This document shows positions 9,441-15,994 of a DNA stretch of 34,565 nucleotides, in pieces. Numbering within the stretch: position 1 is the first letter of the stretch; each line of letters starts with the position of its first letter. Both the position numbers and the translations under genes were made by a program. The DNA lies in the IMG/VR virus record IMGVR_UViG_3300027697_000048, positions 1 through 34,565 of that record. The stretch is one strand, 5' to 3'. The notes beneath the pieces were generated by a model, which saw only the letters and a program-made list of their open reading frames with translations, made no database searches and was not told the origin of the DNA. Source of the DNA: a virus (taxonomy: Duplodnaviria > Caudoviricetes).

Positions 9441-9788
9441 TTACTTGATACCGAGGGCCTTGCTCACCTCGTCGAGCACCTGATGTTTGGCCTTGGCCAC
9501 AGCGGCGTCGACTTCCATCGGAGTGATGCGTCCCTCGAACACCGGGTAGGTGGTAGGGTCGACCTTGTGGAAGTTGCAGAACTGGTGGTAGGCCAACTCG
9601 CGGATGACGGCGTTGCGAACGAACTCCGACCGGTTCAACCCGGACTTCAACAGCACCTCCTCGATGCTGTTGACGATGTCCGGGGTGACGGTCGTGCAGA
9701 CGCACTCAAGGCCGTAGAACGGGTCCTTGTCGGCCTTGGGAGTTCTGGTCACGGTGCGTGTGACCTTGGTGATGCGGTTTTTGGGCAT
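9441..9788 (-). CDS. Ribbon-helix-helix (CopG/Arc-like) DNA-binding protein
   Basis: VCTTVTPDIVNSIEEVLLKSGLNRSEFVRNAV matches the RHH strand-helix-G.xRSE.xR.A pattern; CA-rich leader. Confidence 0.55.
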   Translation of the reverse strand: MPKNRITKVTRTVTRTPKADKDPFYGLECVCTTVTPDIVNSIEEVLLKSGLNRSEFVRNAVIRELAYHQFCNFHKVDPTTYPVFEGRITPMEVDAAVAKAKHQVLDEVSKALGIK

Positions 9789-9808
9789 GTGTGTGCTTGG
9801 GTTGGAGA

Positions 9809-10567
9809 TTAGAACGGAACGTTATCGGTGAAGGAGTCGTCCTGAGAAGCCTGACGGCCGTCGCGGATGAGGTCGAGGGCGTCGCGGAACGCCTTGTCCT
9901 TGGGCGAGATGGAGCCGTTGTAGGGCTTCGGCTGGTACTCCTTGATGTACCACTGGAGGGAGTTCTCAGGCAGTTCGCCGAGGGTCACGCCCTTGTTCTT
10001 GCCGAAAGGCACGACGTAGGACAGGGCCTCAGCCAGACCACCGAGGGTAGCCTTGGGAGCCGGAGCGGGAGCCTTGGGCTCAGGCTTCGGAGCGGGCGTA
10101 GCAGGAACCTTCGGCAGGGCCGACGGGTGGATGTACTTGCTGACGTCGGCAGGAGTAGAACGCACGATGCGGTCAGCCTCCCCGTCATCATCCGAAGTAG
10201 CCACGTTCGCGACAGCCGCGATGGCGTACCGTCTCAGGTACGAGAACAGGGAACCGGCGTCCTGTCCCTTGAAGTTATCGGGAATCTTGATGAACGTCTG
10301 GCGGGCGATGAAACCACCGGAGGCGTGGAGCACGATGGTCTCGATGCCGACGATGTCGCCGGCTCCGCAGGGGAACTGGACGATGGCCAGTCCGTGTTGG
10401 GCGAAGATGCCCTTGGTGGCATCAATGTGAGCCCCGAGCGTGGCGTAGGAGTTCTTATGGAACGGGTTCTCCGCGTCCGCCATGACGGCGGTGGTGCGGG
10501 CCACAGCCTGAGTGTAGGCGGCGGCGAATTCTGGCGTGATGTTTTGGTTCATGTTGTCGTAGGACAT
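9809..10567 (-). CDS. erf: ERF-family single-strand annealing protein
   Basis: NPFHKNSYATL, HGLAIVQ, ETIVLHASG and QDAGS..SYLRRYAI..DDDG motifs; Pro/Ala linker; C-terminal VPFGKNKG..L..LP..LQW module. Confidence 0.9.
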   Translation of the reverse strand: MSYDNMNQNITPEFAAAYTQAVARTTAVMADAENPFHKNSYATLGAHIDATKGIFAQHGLAIVQFPCGAGDIVGIETIVLHASGGFIARQTFIKIPDNFKGQDAGSLFSYLRRYAIAAVANVATSDDDGEADRIVRSTPADVSKYIHPSALPKVPATPAPKPEPKAPAPAPKATLGGLAEALSYVVPFGKNKGVTLGELPENSLQWYIKEYQPKPYNGSISPKDKAFRDALDLIRDGRQASQDDSFTDNVPF

Positions 10568-10571
10568 AGGA

Positions 10572-10754
10572 TTATTTGGTGATGGTGAAGGTGTGTCCGT
10601 TCTGGACGTAGTGGATGAGGATGAGACGCATCAGGTCGGCACGGGAGATGCCCATGTTGACGGCGGCGTCCTTCAGTTTGTCGGAATGGTTCTGGGGGAG
10701 TTTCACCCACAGCAACTTGCTAGGCTCGGTAGGCGACTTGGTTGGTTTGCTCAT
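10572..10754 (-). CDS. Small ribbon-helix-helix protein (60 aa)
   Basis: ATG at 10754 (ATGA overlap with the upstream stop); LWVKLPQNHSDKLKDAAVNMGISRADLMRLIL is an RHH pattern. Confidence 0.65.
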   Translation of the reverse strand: MSKPTKSPTEPSKLLWVKLPQNHSDKLKDAAVNMGISRADLMRLILIHYVQNGHTFTITK

Positions 10755-11134
10755 TTGGTTTTGTTGGTTTTGGTTGGCTTGAAAAGGCGTTCGAGCAACG
10801 GAGTGATTTCGGAGCACTTGACCGTGTCGTCTTTGAGGTGGATGGCGTTGAGGCCGGTGTAGGCGGACTGCCACTTGGGGCCGTACTCACGCAGTTTGCA
10901 GAGCATGGCACCGGCGGACTTGTAGCCGTCCTCGTACAGGCAACGGCACAGGTCGTTCAGGGCCGGGTCGTTGCGGATGGCGTCGGCAAGGTCGTAGGTG
11001 GCCTTGTTGCCGTAGTGGGCGAACTTGTCGTTATCGGGATAGGGTTTGGACATGACGTGGGGCATGGCCTGTTTCTTACCTTTGAACAGGTTTAGGTCCT
11101 CGATGGAGGACGTATCTGTGGATTTGAGTTTCAT
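10751..11134 (-). CDS. Hypothetical early phage protein
   Basis: 127 aa in operon context. YGNKATYDLADAIRND loosely resembles a widespread small phage family (N.xTW...I.ND); function unknown. Confidence 0.6.
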   Translation of the reverse strand: MKLKSTDTSSIEDLNLFKGKKQAMPHVMSKPYPDNDKFAHYGNKATYDLADAIRNDPALNDLCRCLYEDGYKSAGAMLCKLREYGPKWQSAYTGLNAIHLKDDTVKCSEITPLLERLFKPTKTNKTK

Positions 11135-11153
11135 GTATGTGCGGGAAAGTTGT

Positions 11154-11170
11154 GGGGGCCTTGCTCCCCC
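11154..11170 (-). promoter_or_regulatory. Intergenic hairpin with a GCAA-containing loop
   Basis: GGGGGA-GCAAG-GCCCCC on the - strand between two genes. Confidence 0.4.
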
Positions 11171-11176
11171 GATGGA

Positions 11177-11416
11177 TTACTTGGTACGCTCCTCAAGAGA
11201 GGCCACCTTGGCGGTCAGCAACTCCAGACGCTCGATGACGGCGTTGTGGAGGTGGATGACAGCCGAGGCGTCGTTCAGGCCGAGTTCGGAGTACTTCTTG
11301 CCGAGCCCCTTGATGGTGGGGTCGACGAGGGCATCCCGTTCAGTCTTGATGGTCTTGATTTCCTTTTCGAGGTCTTCGAGACGGCTCTTGATGGCGTTGA
11401 TGTTGATTTCGCTCAT
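11177..11416 (-). CDS. Small coiled-coil hypothetical protein
   Basis: 79 aa with heptad pattern; CA-rich leader and AT-rich upstream region. Confidence 0.7.
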   Translation of the reverse strand: MSEININAIKSRLEDLEKEIKTIKTERDALVDPTIKGLGKKYSELGLNDASAVIHLHNAVIERLELLTAKVASLEERTK

Positions 11417-11511
11417 GCTTTTGTTGGTTTGTCGTTGCTGGTTTTACCCAATGTTAATCGGGTCGAGATGAGTAAGAGATACTATTGTGTAGTCCTCCGC
11501 AAGATTTATTT

Positions 11512-12213
11512 TCAGTTTTTAACCCCCAGCCGCTCGAACAGGTCGCTGTCCTTCAGGCGGGCCACAAAGGCGGCACCAGTCTCCTTGTCGTGGAAACGCT
11601 CCAGCAGGGTGTCCCCGGTCAGGTTGGTGGTGATGATGGTAGACCGCTGGTGCATGGTACGCTGGTCGACCAAAGCAAACAGGCAGGAGGCCATACGCTC
11701 GGTCATCCGCTCCTTGCCCAAGTCATCCAAGAACAGCAGGGGCACGCTGACCATGTGGTGCATGGCCTTGTCCCATGTCGAGGTGCCCCATGAGGCGACC
11801 AGACGGGCCTCCAGTTCAAACATGGTCAGGAACAGGTAGCGGTTGGCCTTTGGGTTGGCCTTGAACAGCCGGTCAGCGATGTACCACGCGGTGCGGGTCT
11901 TGCCCTTGCGTGTGGTGCCGTGAACCAACAGGCCCTTGCCGGTCGGGACCCAGTTATGGCATAGGTCCTTCAACTCTGGGGCCAGCCGCTCCGGGTCGGT
12001 GCCCTCAAACAGGACAGGCATCGGAATCTCAGGTGGGTTCTTAGCGATGTACTCGCGACGCTCGGCGGCTAGGGCATCCCGCTCGCCCTTGATGAGGCAT
12101 GGCTCGCTTGAGCAAATCTCAGGGGCACGGAACGTGAACGAGTTGCCCATGCCCTGAAAGGTCACGGAGTGGGTTTCCCCACCGCAGTAGATGCACTTGC
12201 CGACGTCGCTCAC
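11512..12213 (-). CDS. DnaC/IstB-like AAA+ helicase loader
   Basis: N-terminal CxxC..C..C; Walker A GTTRKGKT; Walker B LLFLDDLGKE; TIITTNL; downstream of the initiator gene. Confidence 0.9.
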   Translation of the reverse strand: MSDVGKCIYCGGETHSVTFQGMGNSFTFRAPEICSSEPCLIKGERDALAAERREYIAKNPPEIPMPVLFEGTDPERLAPELKDLCHNWVPTGKGLLVHGTTRKGKTRTAWYIADRLFKANPKANRYLFLTMFELEARLVASWGTSTWDKAMHHMVSVPLLFLDDLGKERMTERMASCLFALVDQRTMHQRSTIITTNLTGDTLLERFHDKETGAAFVARLKDSDLFERLGVKN

Positions 12214-12740
12214 GACTGCACCCCCTTATCGTTCGACCAGAAGGTGCGGTAGGACGAGGGCAGTCGGCTCCCAGATTTAGTCCAGAAGGATACATCCACC
12301 TCGACATAATCGACACCATCGGGGGTCTTGGTCATCTTGTTAAGGTCAGCCGTCAGCCGCTCGACCTCGGCCTTGAGGCGGGCGTTCTCGGCTTCAAGTT
12401 CGATACTGCGTTGCTCTTCAGCATTTAGGTTCGCTGATTGCAGATAAGAGTCGATTTGCTCAAGGTGCTGGTTGCGTTCCGTCAGCCGCTCGACCTCAAT
12501 CTTGAGGCTATCGCACTCGACTGCCAGCACGCTGTTCTCCGCTTGGCGGGCTTGGCACTCGGCCTTGAGGCGGGCGTTCTCCTCCTCAAGTAAACGCTTG
12601 TCATGCTCAAGCCCACGACCCCACGCAGTCATCTGCGTGAAGTCAGCCAACAGTCGGGCATAGGCAACAACCATGGCATCAGCCTGACCCGTGTAGACGA
12701 GATTGAAAACCTCGGCCCTATCGAGATGCTTGTGGCTCAC
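12210..12740 (-). CDS. Coiled-coil protein with internal repeats
   Basis: Repeated ENARLKAE and EVERLT units; stop/start overlaps on both sides. Confidence 0.7.
   Translation of the reverse strand: MSHKHLDRAEVFNLVYTGQADAMVVAYARLLADFTQMTAWGRGLEHDKRLLEEENARLKAECQARQAENSVLAVECDSLKIEVERLTERNQHLEQIDSYLQSANLNAEEQRSIELEAENARLKAEVERLTADLNKMTKTPDGVDYVEVDVSFWTKSGSRLPSSYRTFWSNDKGVQS
12350..12581. repeat. Interleaved direct repeats (19 bp x2 and 24 bp x2)
   Basis: ccgtcagccgctcgacctc at 12350-12368 and 12479-12497; ctcggccttgaggcgggcgttctc at 12366-12389 and 12558-12581. Confidence 0.9.
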
Positions 12741-13057
12741 TTCTTCTCTCCCTCCTTGAACTTGATGGTACGCTGGTGCATCTGCCAGCCGTCTGGCGTG
12801 TGGGCACGAATGACGATGGTGTAGTCCTTTTCGCCGTACTCGGCGTACAGCGTGTAGTCCTTGGCCTCGACGCTCATCTTGCCGGTGCCCATGGACATAA
12901 TCGGGAGCCAGTTCTCAATGTAGTTGGCAATCTTGTCGTCGGCCCAAGCCCCAAAGCCGAGCCGGTTCTGGGCGTCCTTGGTCGCACGGGTGGCGTCAAG
13001 GGCCTGCTGGGTCGCCTCACGCTGGAGGCGGACGTGCTCGTTAGAACCCTCTAGCAT
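12737..13057 (-). CDS. Hypothetical protein (106 aa)
   Basis: Likely start is ATG 13057 (MLEGSNEH..), overlapping the end of the initiator gene. Confidence 0.6.
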   Translation of the reverse strand: MLEGSNEHVRLQREATQQALDATRATKDAQNRLGFGAWADDKIANYIENWLPIMSMGTGKMSVEAKDYTLYAEYGEKDYTIVIRAHTPDGWQMHQRTIKFKEGEKK

Positions 13058-13700
13058 GGTCGCTGTCGCCCTTGGGGGCGATGGTACGGGTGTTGGCCTG
13101 TCCCTTGGGTTCAAAGAGTCCCTGCCAGCCCTGCAAGAGGCTCCCCTCGATGGACTGGATGGACTTCTCCACCCCCCACTGGCTGAAGACAGAGTTCCAG
13201 CGGGTGATGTACTCGTTGTTGGTGGACCAACGCTTGGCCCGGCGATGGGCCAGCCACTTGCCCCAGACCAAGGCCAAGGGAGGGTTGGCGACGATGAAAC
13301 CATCCTCGAAAAGCACCTCCGAACCTTTCCCATCACTTGTGTCTATCTCTTTATTACTATCTGGGTGAAGGGATTTTCGCCCCCTAGGTGAAGAAACTTT
13401 CACCCCTCCCGTGAAGGGTTTTTCACCCCGGTCGATGGTGTGGCTGATGATGTCCCAGAGCACCCCGTCGTCGTCCTTGCGGACGTAGCCAGCGTCGAGC
13501 AGACGCCCGATGCTGTACTGGGTATTGCGGACGGACTGCCCCATGTACTCGGACAGGGCCTCGCGGGTGGCGAAGCACCCACGCTCGTTGCACAGGATGT
13601 GGATGACCCCGAACAGGAACTTGTCGCTCTGGGTCAGCCGCGTGTCCGTAAAGACACGGGCCGGAATCCAGACGCCCTTGAACTCGAAGTCCTTAGCCAT
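13041..13700 (-). CDS. Phage replication initiator (lambda O-like, N-terminal winged HTH)
   Basis: FKGVWIP..LT.SDK.L..I..L..GCFATRE.L..I.RL..GYV N-terminal domain; C-terminal SLLQGWQGLFEPK; internal iterons; linked DnaC-like gene. Confidence 0.85.
   Translation of the reverse strand: MAKDFEFKGVWIPARVFTDTRLTQSDKFLFGVIHILCNERGCFATREALSEYMGQSVRNTQYSIGRLLDAGYVRKDDDGVLWDIISHTIDRGEKPFTGGVKVSSPRGRKSLHPDSNKEIDTSDGKGSEVLFEDGFIVANPPLALVWGKWLAHRRAKRWSTNNEYITRWNSVFSQWGVEKSIQSIEGSLLQGWQGLFEPKGQANTRTIAPKGDSDHARGF
13337..13430. repeat. Replication origin: three 23-bp-period iterons plus an AT-rich flank
   Basis: gtgaagggattttcgcccc (13365), gtgaagaaactttcacccc (13388) and gtgaagggtttttcacccc (13411), each an imperfect GTGAA..TTC(A/G)C inverted repeat; AT-rich stretch at 13337-13361. 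Confidence 0.8.
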
Positions 13701-14541
13701 TGAGGGCCTGCTTGCCGAGGAACTCGGCGGTTTCCGGGCGACCATTCATGTTCCACCAGAGCCAGCGATTGATGGCGGACTGGTAGAGCATGCGGCCCTT
13801 GATGAACATCTCGTCGGAGACGTAGCCGATGCGGACGTCGTAGGGCTCTTCCTTGCTCTGGGCGACGTACTCGAACTTGGTCTCCAACTTGGAGAACTTC
13901 TGGACGAGGTCGTGGTAGAAGGCGGACTGCACCGCCCAGCCATTGCTATACGAGGCTCCGGACACGTTGGCGATGTCGGCGACGCTCTTGAGGTCCTTGA
14001 TGAGCACGTGGTCAGGGAATACATACACGGCGTCGAGCAGGGCCTTGACGTCGACCTCCTTGCCCTTGAACTGACCGTCGATGACCTTGAAGGTGCCGAA
14101 GATGGCCTGTTCGTGGCTGGAGGTGATGGCCAGTTTCTCGTCGAAGTACTTCCGGGAGATGGAGGCCATGCGTACCAACTTGGCGAAGTCATCCTGCTTG
14201 AGGACGGTCTTGCCCGCGTTGCTCACGCAGAAGGCCTCGTAGATACCCTTACCTTCCTTGGTCCGCCTGTCGCAGTCCGGCAGGATGGCGTACCGCTTGT
14301 TGAAGTCGTTGGGCTCAAGCACCTGCGTGTGCAGGGCCGTGCCGAACGCAAGAGCGGGCGTCTCTTCGGGGTTCAGTCGGCGATACTCCGCGTAGGACGG
14401 AGAGACGGCGAGCACGTCCTTGAGGTAGGACTGGTTGAGGGCGTCGGCCGAACGGTAGGTCTTGGCGACCTCCGGCGTGACGACCCGGGCCGACACCAAC
14501 TCCAACTTGAAGTCAGGGTCGGGCTGGAAGGGCTTAGCCAT
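13693..14541 (-). CDS. RecE/exonuclease VIII-like PD-(D/E)XK nuclease
   Basis: LNQSYLK..SP, TPALAFGTALH..VLEP, DRRTKEGK, KALLD..IKDLKS and W.VQSAFY; likely start ATG 14541. Confidence 0.88.
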   Translation of the reverse strand: MAKPFQPDPDFKLELVSARVVTPEVAKTYRSADALNQSYLKDVLAVSPSYAEYRRLNPEETPALAFGTALHTQVLEPNDFNKRYAILPDCDRRTKEGKGIYEAFCVSNAGKTVLKQDDFAKLVRMASISRKYFDEKLAITSSHEQAIFGTFKVIDGQFKGKEVDVKALLDAVYVFPDHVLIKDLKSVADIANVSGASYSNGWAVQSAFYHDLVQKFSKLETKFEYVAQSKEEPYDVRIGYVSDEMFIKGRMLYQSAINRWLWWNMNGRPETAEFLGKQALNG

Positions 14542-14770
14542 TGAGTTCGGCGTTGATTTTGGCGACACCCTTTCGGATGAACTGCTGGTTGGCTTCGGAC
14601 TCCTCGATGAGCCGCTTGGCGTCGAGGATGACGTTGGCCAGTTTGGCCTCGGTCTCGATGAGGGCGATGGCCGTGCGGCCGAGGTCGTCTTTGCTGGGCT
14701 TGTCGTCGGACTGTCCGAACACCCACTTGAGGGTGAGCGACTCGAACGTCTGGTTTTCTAGGTTAGGCAT
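14534..14770 (-). CDS. Hypothetical helical protein (78 aa)
   Basis: ATG 14770 follows the CCAAGCACACAC leader; the stop overlaps the exonuclease start. Confidence 0.7.
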   Translation of the reverse strand: MPNLENQTFESLTLKWVFGQSDDKPSKDDLGRTAIALIETEAKLANVILDAKRLIEESEANQQFIRKGVAKINAELNG

Positions 14771-14792
14771 GTGTGTGCTTGGTTGGGTGAAA

Positions 14793-14984
14793 TTACTGGT
14801 TGCCGAAGATGTACATGGCGACGTGCTTATCGAGGGTCTTGCGACCTCCGTTGTGGACCGTGACGCCCCGCTTGATGCAGTTGGCCACGTGCCTGTCAAT
14901 GGTCTCGATGAAGTGCTTGGAGGTACGCTTGCCCAGCGACTTGGCTAGGGCTCGGATGTTAGCCGCCTTGACGTACTTGGCCAT
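14793..14984 (-). CDS. Histone-fold protein (bacterial/archaeal singlet type)
   Basis: 63 aa, basic. Helix1 AANIRALAKSLG, L1 KRTS, ~24-aa helix2, L2 GRKTL, short helix3. Aligns by eye with Bd0055/HMf. TAATG coupling to the upstream gene. Confidence 0.75.
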   Translation of the reverse strand: MAKYVKAANIRALAKSLGKRTSKHFIETIDRHVANCIKRGVTVHNGGRKTLDKHVAMYIFGNQ

Positions 14985-15475
14985 TAGCCGAAGATGACCT
15001 CCTCGGCGATGGCGACCTGAGCCATGAAGTCGTCGTGGATGCCATCGGGCTCGTACGTCTCCATCATGTAGTCGTCGGCACGGTCGGCGTCGAGCGTCAG
15101 GAGGCTGAGGTACATAACGTACTCCATGACCTTGTTGCGGGAGACGTTGTCGTCGCCGCCGGACTTGCGGCCGAAGGCGTACTTCGTCCAGCGTTCGACT
15201 ACGACCTCAGGCATGAGCGTGACCCACTTCGACTTGTAGGAGTCGTAGTTGAGGCGAGCCTTGAGCGTCCAGTCCTTGATGGCTGGCTTACCCGAGGCTG
15301 TCGCATCGAGGTCAGGACCGGCGAAGGCCGCGTCGAGGAAGCCGCCCTTGGAGAGCGACTCGACCTCGAACCAAGCCGGGTTGATGCCCGTCTCGAAGGC
15401 CCCGTTGATGACGGAGGCGATGGCGTTAGTGACACGAATGTCGTTCGTGTCTACTTTGGGAGGCATGATTATCAT
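14984..15475 (-). CDS. Conserved-looking acidic early phage protein
   Basis: 163 aa. GI..W motif and C-terminal D..D..Q.A...EVIFG resemble a widespread uncharacterised phage family. Confidence 0.75.
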   Translation of the reverse strand: MIIMPPKVDTNDIRVTNAIASVINGAFETGINPAWFEVESLSKGGFLDAAFAGPDLDATASGKPAIKDWTLKARLNYDSYKSKWVTLMPEVVVERWTKYAFGRKSGGDDNVSRNKVMEYVMYLSLLTLDADRADDYMMETYEPDGIHDDFMAQVAIAEEVIFG

Positions 15476-15493
15476 GTGTGTGCGTGGTTGGTG

Positions 15494-15520
15494 TTATTAC
15501 TATTTATTGGTGGTTGTCAA
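15494..15520 (-). promoter_or_regulatory. Putative sigma70-type promoter
   Basis: Perfect TTGACA (15520-15515) followed by AT-rich AATAAATAGTAATAA; the exact -10 is ambiguous. Confidence 0.45.
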
Positions 15521-15543
15521 GAGGGAGCCCTTGCGGGCTGTGC

Positions 15544-15648
15544 TTACTTGCTGAGAGCGAGGCCAGCGATGACGATGACACCCGTGAGGATGGCAGTGTC
15601 GATAACGACGGCGACGAGCCAGAGTTCGGCTATGGTCTTCTTATTCAT
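15544..15648 (-). CDS. 34-aa single-TM micropeptide (not in the ORF track)
   Basis: MNKKTIAELWLVAVVIDTAILTGVIVIAGLALSK*; CA-rich leader; flanked by GCCC-GCAA-GGGC hairpins. Confidence 0.65.
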   Translation of the reverse strand: MNKKTIAELWLVAVVIDTAILTGVIVIAGLALSK

Positions 15649-15688
15649 GTGTTGTGTTGTGGTTGTGCCCTTGCGGGCGGGAAAGTTA

Positions 15689-15751
15689 TGCAGGTATTGC
15701 AAATTCGGCTACTACTCCGAACTCCCGGCCTTACGGCTACGGGTACCTGCG
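15689..15751 (-). ncRNA. Putative structured RNA (three-way junction)
   Basis: GCAGGTA/TACCTGC closing stem encloses CCCG-TA-GCC-GTAA-GGC-CGGG (GNRA loop) and TTCGG-AGTAGTAG-CCGAA. Confidence 0.4.
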
Positions 15752-15836
15752 AAAGAGAGAGGGCTGTGACGCTCAAGGACGACCGTTCCAAGGGTGTATG
15801 ATTGGGAAACTGTCCTGAGGCGAATGTGCCCTCAAA

Positions 15837-15910
15837 TGGTCCTCAAGGTCGGAATCGAACCAACATTCACGGTCTTTCAAACCGCTGTTCTGCCGTTGAA
15901 CTACTTGAGG
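15837..15910 (-). tRNA. tRNA-Phe(GAA), copy 2
   Basis: CCTCAAG/CTTGAGG-A-CCA acceptor; anticodon arm GCGGT-TT GAA AG-ACCGT; T arm GTTGG-TTCGATT-CCGAC. Confidence 0.85.
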
Positions 15911-15915
15911 CTAAA

Positions 15916-15989
15916 TGGTCCTTGGTGTCGGAATCGAACCAACATTCACGGTCTTTCAAACCGCTGTTCTGCCATTGAACTAACCAAGG
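15916..15989 (-). tRNA. tRNA-Phe(GAA), copy 1
   Basis: CCTTGGT/ACCAAGG-A-CCA acceptor; body identical to copy 2 except for one D-loop base. Confidence 0.85.
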
Positions 15990-15994
15990 CTAAA

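Noticed and set aside
12350-12581. Diversity-generating retroelement TR/VR pair
   Set aside because: The repeats are short and exact with no adenine-specific mismatches, and there is no reverse transcriptase.
15837-15989. Suppressor or recoding tRNAs (TTGAAAG loop contains TGA)
   Set aside because: The 7-nt loop centres on GAA (Phe). Genes read normally with TAA/TGA/TAG stops, so there is no sign of an alternative code.
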